A DNA stretch of 64,000 nt, taken from Azolla caroliniana. Its lineage: Eukaryota; Plantae; Polypodiophyta. The notes below the pieces were generated by a model. It searched no databases. It saw only the letters and a program-made list of their open reading frames with translations, and was not told the origin of the DNA. Shown here in pieces: positions 25,701-36,101 of this stretch. The stretch is taken from the NCBI GenBank assembly GCA_043228905.1, contig JBHGNT010000005.1, forward strand, positions 2,046,001 through 2,110,000. The letters are read 5' to 3'. Every line of letters starts with the position of its first letter. Within the stretch, counting starts at the first letter, position 1. Position numbers and translations under genes: made by a program.

Positions 25701-26169
25701 AATCAAGTTGGAAACTTCTTGTACGAGCATTCATGTCACCAAAGACAATAACTTCCCCTTTGGATTTGAAATAAGCAATATCATCTTCTAGATTGGCAAA
25801 CGGTTGATCTTTATCCAAACAAGCATAAAAGTTAGAATCTTGATGAGGGATGTAACATCCAACTACAAAAGTGGGCAAATCATTAGGTGTTTCTATTTTG
25901 AGCCATATGTAGCATTTATTTTCATCATTTTTTATGATTGACACATATTTCTCTATTTCCTTCTTAATCAAACATGCCACCCCTCCTTGTCCTCTTCTTT
26001 GTCTTGGATTTTTCTTCCATATCAAAGAGTGTACATTATAGTTTCCTAAACCTTGAATCCTTTGAGTATCATGCTCCCATGTCTCAACAAGAAGTGTGAT
26101 ATCTGAGTCATCGGTGAACTCCTCTATGCCAAATCCCGCATTCCATGGGTATCCATTGCAATTCCAAAA
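22756..26169 (-). mobile_element. Young RTE/RTEX-like LINE, 5'-truncated at the start of the endonuclease, with an (ATCT)n tail, inserted in the (GA)n tract of the family C LTR
   Basis: Uninterrupted APE+RT ORF, short 3' UTR and (GATA)5 at 22756-22775 on the + strand; (GA)n on both sides makes the TSD ambiguous. Confidence 0.92.
22834..26169 (-). CDS. LINE endonuclease/reverse transcriptase ORF (~1110 aa; native start codon lost)
   Basis: APE motifs WN, LVETW, GGVA, GDMNAR, SVIDY, SDHRP; RT motifs QAGFR, FVDFKKAFD, GVKQGCPLSPTLF, LLYADD, FKYLG; C-terminal RLSSHALRCETGRW...CALC...EYHTLIQC; no internal stop. Confidence 0.9.
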   Translation of the reverse strand, partial: FWNCNGYPWNAGFGIEEFTDDSDITLLVETWEHDTQRIQGLGNYNVHSLIWKKNPRQRRGQGGVACLIKKEIEKYVSIIKNDENKCYIWLKIETPNDLPTFVVGCYIPHQDSNFYACLDKDQPFANLEDDIAYFKSKGEVIVFGDMNARTRSFQLDSQESFMPHISRMQEDMQMYNHSSSDEKDPDQFGKLLLQMCNSTGLLIANGISLWPNTNGFTCRKHNGNSVIDYVLLSECILDRIHKFSLGEWTPESDHRPLCIDLKCMHRFDCEKAIEDNKQPHLSMNLKRAPMYSKMVEDMLQMTKIQHGATLECKWEAFKKVILSCTNKCFSTNRTSWKCTKKLRKKWFDKECHEARKCLMVLDVVKDKENYQNHLHEYKRLIQRKRRIWEVTQQLIQTQEKAHACAKFWGNLKGKRVESYGDLTLHDLSMHCKNLYELSLAGKMMCYGSLSHMPPFFTIEDICIGLKKLASRKASDLQCIKAEMLKWTGKEAHIWISDMFNDALQHGMPYDWTTNWIKPLHKGGDINNVNNYRTIMVGSLMAKLFGCIMESKISVWAEKSGKRAYGQAGFRKHHSTIDHLITLRVLMEESRLRGKGLYCCFVDFKKAFDMVPREHLWRRMEELEVPSEYMLAISRIYEKVICCVRMRDKLSDFFKSTIGVKQGCPLSPTLFGLCIDELEEMVTKFAKEECVEEVAIGNVVIMLLLYADDVVLFANTLGDAQKLMKALEKICMHTKLSVNSSKTKIMLVKSQKRDKPCIMYNNEPLECVESFKYLGLEVPSNHRWNECATRRLEAGKRAYYAFENTCNLGDIKCWVLKKYLFDTLVTPVLLYGVEVWGGSIPKSMWKEFENVQKHFLTKFLQVKKQTPYTLLLLETGSLPIEIMAMERVVEYMLKVQKSPSHRLPRIAWEASKKIQKTHKSKILCSGWMQDIEKWFGRWDARHLLHDASLDSSVNEAFLQRQCIMTWDKCGGSRFTHYTTHVAPNYKTIFFAERGNRTHPYMLEPIPLSSIRTIASMRLSSHALRCETGRWGTSDESGRLCALCPKQVRESEYHTLIQCSAFDHIRPCFTHLFDRAQSLHEFLSQPQCALSIATFIGKVLEHRESLLTFTHIT

Positions 26170-26844
26170 GAGAGAGAGAGAGAGTGAGAGTGAGAGAGAC
26201 AAGGAATTAGACACAGAGAATACACAAGGTAAGAGTATATTAACAAAGGAGAAACACTCGACATTATACAAGGTGGGAGGAGGGTGCTTTATGTAGTCAA
26301 CCTCTCTCTTCATTAACTACAAGACTCATGGAGCATGGGGAATGTGAAAAGCTTATAAGTTATGTGTCATAGAATATGATTCTATGACTCATACTAAATG
26401 CTAGAATACAAAGTGGTGACTTAATGGTGACTCTTGACCGTTGGAGTGTCTATTCACTCTCAAGATGAGTTCACACACTAAACCAAGTTGAGCTTGATTC
26501 ACAACAGGCTCTTTGGAAAGCTAGGTGTTCCAAGTTATACAATGATCAGGTAAAGTCTTTTTGGCACTTATTGGTACATACGGTTAAAGGTGATTATGAC
26601 AGTTATAAGGGTTCTGGAAATACAACTAATCGGAAAAGAAGGAGAATTCACCGAGTTTGGTCAGCTATTCCTATAAAGTTAAATGCATGCGTTGAGATTA
26701 GGTGGAATACGTACCACATTGTTGGTTGTTCCTGCCACCGACACCATTCTTACTGCAAACAACATGAGTTAACATGGAGGAGGCAATTGTGGCATGTTGG
26801 AAGGCTCTTTTAATGTACAAGGTGTTGATGATAATAGGAGACAA

Positions 26845-27680
26845 CCAGATGGTGGATGTAGACATGAGGAAGCTGATTTTTTTTGTTTTGTAATCAGGAT
26901 GAGGGATCATGGTGTGGGGGCTGAAGCAGAGTATTATGAGAAGGTGAGAATTTTTTTGCCTCATTTTTTGGTTGTCAATACAGGATTTTAGCGGTAATCG
27001 ACGGAAATCCTGAGATAATCGGAGATAGCGAGATGGTGGATCTGGACATGAGGAAGCTGGTTTTTTGTTTTTGTGATCAGGATGAGTGATGTTAGTGTGG
27101 AGGCTCACACATAATTATGAGAAGGTGAGGAATTTTTTTCACTCATTTTTTGGTTGTTACTACAGGATTTTCACGGTTATCGGTGAGATGGCAAGAGGTT
27201 CAGTGAGATTCTTTAGATGTGGGCTAAGTTAAGAAGATGTTATGGTTCTCATAGGTTGAGGGATGATGGCGATGGGGTTTGAAGCATATTTGTCATGACG
27301 AGAGGATGAGTGGTGATGGTGTGAGGGCTGAAGCAGATCATGAGGGGACGAGGAAACATTTTTCACTTCTTATTTTGTTGTTATCTACACATGACCATGG
27401 TGGTAATCGGCGAGATGGTTGATGCAGACTGAATGAAGCAATTTGTTAGTTTTTATGAGTGATGATGGTGGGGGGGGGGGGGGGTTGGGGGGAAGTAGAT
27501 CATAGGGGAATGAGAAACACAGTAGACTCATTTTATTGTTATTTGTATAGGACCTTGGTTGTAAGCGATGAGATGGTTGATGCAAACCAAATGAAGCAAA
27601 ATTTTGTTTTGTGATAAGGTTGAGTGTAGATGGTGTGGGGATCGAAGCATATTTGTTTGAGGTGATGAGGACATAGATCA
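26845..27680. repeat. Degenerate tandem repeat, about five units of ~155-230 bp
   Basis: Recurrent AGATGG(T/C)...ATGA(G/A)G(A/C)A...TTTTGT...GATGAG...GGTGTG...CTCATTTT...TTGT...ACAGGA blocks at ~26847, 27031, 27185, 27413 and 27571. Confidence 0.65.
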
Positions 27681-28329
27681 TTTTGTTTTATAGGTAGATG
27701 ATTGTGGTGTAACCAGCCTAGCGCATGGCTGTTGTGAGAACATCAAGGTTGTGATAAACCGGAGTGTTGATGGTAGGGAGATTCAATACAAGTACATTTT
27801 CAATATTCATGGAGATGAAGGACATGGTCGTTTCAATATGACAGAGGACAGATGGAGGCTATCCAAGGCAGCCCATCACGTTTGACCCCAAGCGGCATGT
27901 GCATCATGAACTGTTTTCGTGTCTTCAACTGCAACAACTGAAGAAGATCTTGACGTACAAAACATTTGCCAAATAGCAATAGTTAGTGGACAACCATGTG
28001 ATGGTAAACATCTTTAGTATATGCGGAACCAAATGCAAACATGGAGTTTTTAGACTACCAACCATGGTGGACAACCAGGGTATGTTGAGTATGACTACCA
28101 CCAAGATATGTATTCTCTTGGACTGCAGGAATTTGTTTATATGTTGAGTATCGTTATAGTGAAAAACTTTAGCATATGCGGAACCACATTCATCCAATTT
28201 TGGCTGCAACATGAAGTTATTTAGAGACCCTAACAAGGGGCAATTGAAGATGTGTTTCAGACGATTCATACTACAGATATGGTCTCATGGAATGTAATGT
28301 TGATGGAGCTTATAGAACATGGATATTTC

Positions 28330-28532
28330 TGTCAAATACGAGTGTTTAATGGCCGTATTCACACTATCCCTTTGGACAGCCCAAGTTTGGGCCATTTCTG
28401 TAAATAGCATAAAAGGGCAGTTGCCCTAAGATAGTCACTATATAAAGTGACTTTGTAACCTTTAGTTAAGGTTGTTATTGGTTGTCATTCTTTTGTAACT
28501 GTTGCTATTGGAATATAACATTTGTTTTGTGC

Positions 28533-28584
<52 letters not shown>

Positions 28585-28667
28585 CTATCTTGCTTATGCG
28601 CATACACAGGTTCTTCTTCATCACGAATGTTGCTTGCACTTCCGCATTGACGGCCTTGTCCCCAACA
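28330..28667 (+). repeat. 5' LTR, copia family B
   Basis: Direct repeat of 38934-39284, followed by a tRNA-Met(i) PBS. Confidence 0.93.
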
Positions 28668-30951
28668 TTTGGTATCAGAGTGTTGGAGGTTCTTCAATCC
28701 GCTGCCAGCCATCATCGTACACAACAACATTTTGTTTTTGTAACTTCTTGAAGAACAGAGAAGAGAGAAGACAAACAAGAAGTTTGCATCTCATTGTGTT
28801 AAATCACTAATTCGAGTAAGCTAGCCGGCTGTACTCTGTTCCTGTGATTGTAACCACTTGAGGCGAGCTCCCTATGCAACACCCGACCCAATTGTGCTTC
28901 ATTCGGTTAAACGACATCCGAATAGGTCACCGGACGTTATTCACTCGCTTGTTGTAACCACCCGCTGCAAATTGGTCTCCTAGCAACAATCAAATTCGTG
29001 CTTCATTCGGCTGATTGACATTCGGGAGGATCAGTTGGATCCGTCCCTCTCATCGCTGCAGTCATCCGAAGCAAAATCGGCCCAAACAATCAGTTTCTTG
29101 TAATCGGTATTCGGCATACAATCGGAAGCTAACCGGGCTCACTCCGACTCGGCAACATTCGGGAAGACCAGCCGGTTCTGTCCCTCAAGTTCCTGGAGTC
29201 ACTCCGAGCAAGTTCAGCAACAAGTATCCGAAACCAAACCGACTCGGGTTCAAAACTGACTAGAACGATATCGGGTGAGCCGACCGGCTGCACCCCACTA
29301 AGGTTCGTAGTCAACTCTGAACCGAGTCTTACCAACTGAAACCGACGTAGATGGCATCAACATCCGTCTCATCGGAGATGAGTCTAAGGAGGTTCGATGG
29401 TTCGAACTTCAACTTCTAGAAGGAACAAATGTAGGACTATCTCATAGTCAAGGGTCAGATAGACCCGATTGAGAATGAAAATCCTCCAAAAGCATACAAG
29501 GCAAACGAGTGGCTAAAGCTGGACAAAATCGTCCGCGTCACGATTCGGATGCACTTGTCAGAGTCAGTGTACTTCACAGTGCAATCATGCTCGACAGCTT
29601 TTGAACTTTGGAAAACACTGTCGAAAACTTATGAAAAGAAGGTCGCCGCAACGAAGATGTATCTGATCCAACGCCTCTACAACTTGCGGATGAAAGAATC
29701 TGATTCGGTTCTGGCACACCTCAACAAGTACGAAAGCATAAGCTCCCAAATCTCGTCTCAAGGGACGGCAATCGAGGATGAACTCAGAGCAATGATACTC
29801 ATGAGTAGTCTCCCCTCTTCATGGGAAACTTTCGTTACAACCGTGTGCAATGCTTCAACACCTGTCGTTAAGTACTCCGAAGTCACGAGCACAATCCTGA
29901 TTGAAGCAGCTGGGAGAAAGTCTTTCGCCAAAGACTCGACAGATGAAGCTTACGTACTACAAAGTTCGATCGACCGATCGAACAACCGGGGAAGAAGTTC
30001 TTCCCGACCGTCGAACAATCAGCGAAGACGGAGCAAGTCCCGGGACAACCGAATCTACAACTACTACAAGAAACCGGGACACATCAAAGCCAACTGTCGG
30101 GCACTCAAAGCAAAAACCGACAAAGCTCAGAGAGCGGATCAAAAGAGTAGCCGGCATGAGGAGGTCAATTGCGTCGGCTCTTCAGCCGAAATTTTGACGA
30201 CTGACCTGAACATATTGTCCATAGAGAACCCATTCGAATCAGAAGTTCTGCTTACGACTGAGGAATCGAGCACATGGCTCCTGGACTCGAGTGCATCTTA
30301 TCATGTGACACCTCACCGATCTCAATTTCGGCAATACTTGGACTGGCAGTCCGACTCAGTTCGAGTCGGAAACTCACAACATTGTGCTATAATCAGAATC
30401 GGCACCGTAGAGCTCAACCTTCCAGGTGGCTCTACACTCCTACTACACAACGTTCGACACATTCCAGAGCTCTCAAGACCCTTGATCTCAGTCGGACAGC
30501 TTGACGAAGATGGCATCCGTGTCAGGTTCTCATCAGGAGGGTGGACACTCCACAAAGGGAACCTCCTGCTTGCTCGAGGACCAAAGGTACATTCCTTGTA
30601 CCCTTTATATGTCACACTCAAGGAGGGTGACTTATTTCTGGTTGATATCCTCGTGTCATCGTTATGGCATGGACGACTTGGACACCCCTGCAAAGTCGGC
30701 ATAACGCACCTATCTAGAGCCGGTTACATCCCCAAACTCTCCTTTTCGGATCACAAATTCTGCGAGCATTGCCAGTACGGCAAACAGGTAGCCACATCAC
30801 ACCCGACATCAGCACCAAGAGAATTGAGTCCCCTCGATTTGGTCCACTCGGACGTCTGTGGCCCGATGCCACATCATTCTCTCGGTAGTGCTTCGTACTT
30901 CGTCAGTTTTATTGACGACTCGACTCGGAAGGTGTGGGCGTACCCCATTAG

Positions 30952-31315
30952 TGTTGGGATTACGGTCCCTCCGGATGGGATGGTCGGATGTCCGGGAATC
31001 GGGAATGAAGACCCGAATGAGGAGAACCCGGTATCAGAGCCGGATGATGAAGACCCCGGCTACGGAGCCGGATGATGAAGACCCCGGCTATGGAGCCGGA
31101 TGATGAAGACCCCGGTTACGGAGCCGGCTGACGAATGTACCCGGAGAGAGATCCGGATGCGGGGACATATTTGTGAATATGTTTGCCAAGGGCCCTTGAG
31201 GCTATAGTTGTAAATAGCCCGAAAGTCATATGTGTATAAATATGACTTAGGGCAAACAGTTTGTTGTTGTTACTCATTTTTCTGGTTTTCCACTTAGAGG
31301 GAGCTAAGTGAGCAG

Positions 31316-31352
<37 letters not shown>

Positions 31353-34300
31353 GAAGAGGTCGTTGCCTCTGTGTATTACCGCCGCCTGTGGCGAAGACAG
31401 TGAGCTCAAGGTTGTTGCCTTGTAGCTTCACCATTGTACATCTCTGTTTGTAGTGATAGTTGGAGTTTGAGGACTCCCGTGGTTTTTCCCATTTAGGGTT
31501 TTCCACGTAAAACATCCAGTGTACTCTTCTCTCTATTGACTTCGTGCATTTTGTATTTCCTGTTTTCTGTGAGTTAATCATATTCCTCGGTTGTGGCCGA
31601 GCACTGTGCTCAACAAAGTGGTATCAGAGCGACGGCAGTGCAGAAAATGGAAGGCGGCAGCAGCGGGCAGCCGGGGATGATGGTGCTGAATGCGCAGAAC
31701 TACGCCGACTGGAAGATAAAGATGGAGGATCTGCTCATTGTTCGGGACCTGTATGAACCGATCGACAGGTCGGAAATACCCAAGGGGGTACTTGAGACGG
31801 AATGGAGGCTTCTGAACCGGAAAGCCGTTGCAACCATTCGGCAATACGTCGACGTGAGCGTTCTACAACATGTGGCGAACGACACCAACGCATACGAGAT
31901 GTGGCGGAAGCTGTCGGGCCTCTACGAGAGGAAGAATGCGTTGAACCGGACCTCCCTGATGAGGAAGATAGTGAACCTCAAGTACCGGGACGGCGAGAGT
32001 ATGGTGGAACACGTAAGCACGTTCATGGGATTCGTGAACCAGCTTGCAACGATCAAGTTCCCGTTGGAGGATGCAATGCAAGCCATCATCCTGATGTGTA
32101 CATTGCCGGAAAGCTGGGAGAACTTGGTGGTGACTCTCAGCACCTCCTGCACCGAAGATAACTTGTCCCTACAAACGGTAAAGACAAGTATTTTGAACGA
32201 AGAAGCGCGTCGGAGAGATAAAGAACCGGCCTCCGACTCGAAGGCGCTGCTTACCGAATCGGAACAGGGAAGACAACGGAACCGGAGTCCGCAAAGACGG
32301 GAGAAGTCGGGGACCCGGTCACAGTCAAGAGGAAGGCCCACATGCTTCCACTGTGGGAAGCCGGGGCACTTCCGGAAGAATTGTCGGCATTACCGAAAAG
32401 ACAACGGAGCCGACGACACCGATTCGAAGAAGTCACCGGAGCGAAACGGTGCATACCGGGGAGCCACGGACCGGAGAGGTCCGGATCGGCGAGGGCAGGA
32501 CCGGAAAGGAACGACGGCACTCGCGGCAAGTGAAGAAGAGATAATGCTCATTACCGAAGAGAGGGAGCTGAACCTTGCCGGTGAAGAGATGACCTGGGTG
32601 GTCGATTCCGGAGCGTCGTTCCACCTGACCCCGGAGAAGAAATACTTCTCATCCTACACAGCCGGTGAGCACGGCTGTGTCCGGATGGGAAATGAAGGTA
32701 CATGCCGGATTGCCGGCATAGGAGACGTGTGGCTGATGACATCAACCGGATGCAAGATGCTGCTGAAGGATGTTCGACACGTTCCGGAGGTTCGATTGAA
32801 CCTGGTTTCGGCCGGGAGGCTAGACGATGAAGGCTACACGGGTAGCATCCGGAACGGTGTCATGAAGTTCAGCAAAGGGAGCCTGATAGTGGCTCGGGCC
32901 CGGAAGATCAACACACTGTACCTGATGAATTCCCGGCTATGCCCGGAGGAGCTGAACGTGGCAGCTGACACTGCCGGTGAGCTATGGCACAAGAGACTGT
33001 GCCACATGAGCGAGAAGGGGATGAAGAGGCTTGCCGAAGACAACCTGATACCGGTAAAGCATGTACACTTGGGGAAGTGTACCGACTTTCTGGCCGGTAA
33101 GCAAAACCGGACCACCTTCCACTCAAGGCCACCGACGAGACGTAGTGCACCATTGGAGTTGGTGCACACTGACGTGTGTCAAGTAGAAACGAAGTCACAT
33201 GGCGGAGCCCAGTACTTCGTGACATTCATTGATGACCACAGCCGGAAGCTGTGGACGGCACCGTTGAAGACAAAGGACCAAGTATTGTCCGTCTTCAAAG
33301 AACTTCACGCGAGAGTGGAAAGAGAATCCGGCAAGAAGCTGAAAGCGATACGAGCGGATAACGGAGGGGAATACCGGGGGCAGTTCGCGGAGTACTGTCG
33401 CTCGAAGGGAATCCGGCTCGAGTTTACTGTGCCGAAGACGCCGGAACTGAACGGGCTGGCCGAGAGGATGAACCGGACCATAATGGAGAGGGTCCGGAGT
33501 ATGCTGGCGCATGCGAAATTACCCAAGGGGTTTTGGGCTGAGGCAATGTCGACGGCGACATACGTGATAAACAGATCACCCTCAGTACCTTTGGACGGAG
33601 ACACGCCGCAGAGAGTGTGGACCGGTAGGGAAGTATCCTACCGGCATCTGAAGGTGTTCGGGTGTCTCGCATACGTGCATGTGGCAAAGGACCGTAGAGG
33701 AAAGCTAGATCCAAAGACCCGGCCATGCATATTCCTCGGTTACGGCGATGACGAGTTCGGCTACCGAGTATGGGACCCGGTCGACAAAAAGATATTCCGG
33801 AGTCGTGATATCATCTTCATGGAGGACAAGACACTCGCCGACTGGGAGTCGGAGAAGAAGATGAAGAGCTCCAAGTCGACCGGTGAGGATCAACTCTACG
33901 AGGAGCAGTCCCGACCAGCAAGGGACCGGTTAGCACTCGAGGATCCGGCCGAAGACGGTGAAGAAACAGAACCGGCCGAGGAAGATGAAACTGATACCGG
34001 AACCGGCCCCGATCCCGAAATGGATTCGGATGAAGAGGAAACGGAGGAGCCGGTTACCGAAGCTCCGGAACGGAGATATCCTCTAAGAGAGAGAAGGGCC
34101 CCCTGGAGATTTCCGGAACCAGAGCACGTGCTGCTAACCGATGAGGGGGAGCCGGAGAGTTTTGAAGAAGCAAGGCTTGACACCCATAGCCGCAGGTGGT
34201 TAAGTGCCATGCAGGAGGAGATGGATTCCCTGCATGAGAACCACACATATGAACTTGTGGAGTTGCCGAAAGGAAAGCGGGCACTTCGAAACAAGTGGGT

Positions 34301-36066
34301 GTTCAAGCTGAAACCGGGAGATGCCGGAAACCCCCCGAGATACAAAGCCAGGATCGTGGTGAAGGGGTTCCAGCAGAAGAAGGGCGTCGACTTCGACGAG
34401 ATATTTGCCCCGGTAGTGAAGATGACCTCCATCCGGACGGTGTTGAGCATAGCGGCAAGCATGGACCTCGAGGTAGAACAGATGGACGTGAAGACGGCAT
34501 TCCTTCACGGTGACCTCAAAGAAGAGATCTACATGCAACAACCGGAAAGATTCGAGAAGAAAGGGAAGGAGCACCTGGTATGTCGGTTGAAGAAGAGCCT
34601 TTACGGACTGAAGCAGGCTCCCCGGCAATGGTACCGGAAGTTTGACTCTTTCATGACTGACGAAGGGTACCACAAAACGCAGTCCGATCACTGCGTGTTT
34701 GTGAAGAAGTTCGAAGGAGGAGACTTTCTAATACTCCTCCTGTACGTGGACGACATGTTGATCGTTGGACGGGACCAGGTCAAGATACGGATGCTGAAGA
34801 AAGCGCTTCACCGAACCTTCTCAATGAAGGACCTGGGTCCGGCGAGGCAAATACTAGGGATGCACATCATCCGGGACCGGAAGAAGAAGCAGTCGTGGCT
34901 GTCACAGGAGAAGTACGTGACAAAGGTGCTTCACCGGTTCAACATGTCGGAAGCAAGACCGGTCGGGTCAACCCTCCCGACAAACTGCAAGTTGTCCAGC
35001 AAGCAAAGCCCCAAGACAAAGGCTGAGAAGGAGGACATGATGAAAGTACCATATGCCTCTGCCGTCGGAAGCTTGATGTACGCAATGGTGTGTACAAGAC
35101 CGGACATAGGATATGCAGTCGGAGTGGTGAGCCGGTACATGAGCAATCCCGGCAAAGAGCACTGGAACGCGGCCAAGTGGATACTCCGATACCTGAAGGG
35201 CACAGCAAACGTGTGCCTCCGATTCGGCTCCGGTAAGCCCGAACTCGACGGCTTTACCGATTCGGATATGTCGGCTGATGCAGATACCAGCCGGTCCACA
35301 TCAGGGTATGTGATGACGTATGCAGGGGGAGCTGTTTCGTGGCAGTCGAGGCTACAGAAGACGGTTGCATTGTCAACCACGGAGGCAGAGTACATGGCGG
35401 CTGTTGAAGCTGGCAAGGAAATGATATGGATGAAGGACTTCATTAGAGAGCTCGGTATCCGGCAGGAGGAGTACCGACTCTACTGCGACAGTCAGAGTGC
35501 CATCCACCTTGCGAAGAACGCGGCCTATCACTCCCGGACGAAGCACATCCAGCGAAGATATCACTGGATCCGGGAAAGGATAGAAGACCAGGAGTTCGTG
35601 CTGACGAAGATCCACACGGACGAGAATGGGTCAGACATGCTGACAAAAGTGCTCACACCCGACAAGCTGGAAGCGTGCCGAAAGAAGGTCGGACTGGAAA
35701 GACATCCCATGCCGAAGTGAAGGGGGAGTTTGTTGGGATTACGGTCCCTCCGGATGGGATGGTCGGATGTCCGGGAATCGGGAATGAAGACCCGAATGAG
35801 GAGAACCCGGTATCAGAGCCGGATGATGAAGACCCCGGCTACGGAGCCGGATGATGAAGACCCCGGTTACGGAGCCGGATGACGAATGTACCCGGAGAGA
35901 GATCCGGATGCGGGGACATATTTGTGAATATGTTTGCCAAGGGCCCTTGAGGCTATAGTTGTAAATAGCCCGAAAGTCATATGTGTATAAATATGACTTA
36001 GGGCAAACAGTTTGTTGTTGTTACTCATTTTTCTGGTTTTCCACTTAGAGGGAGCTAAGTGAGCAG

Positions 36067-36101
<35 letters not shown>

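Larger units (their letters stand above)
19762..26506 (-). mobile_element. 3'-truncated, degraded Ty1/copia element (family C): split 5' LTR (26506-26170 and 22755-22687), PBS, gag, protease and integrase; no RT, RNase H or 3' LTR
   Basis: PBS TGGTATCAGAGC (22686-22675); gag KLDRNNFASWEYKM, knuckle CGYCGKLGHHEEEC, protease WFVDFGASNYM, integrase WHRQIGH...CEACQFGKQ...FIDDFSR...RSDGGKEY. The LTR ends are matching inverted termini TGTTGTGAATCAAG / TGTAAAGAATCAAG. Confidence 0.88.

Noticed and set aside
31593-31646. ORF-track start of the copia polyprotein
   Set aside because: A non-ATG start inside the LTR/PBS; the first ATG after the PBS is at 31647.
31700-35650. Numerous antisense and alternative-frame ORFs over the copia polyprotein
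   Set aside because: Expected shadows of a GC-rich coding sequence; no recognisable motifs.
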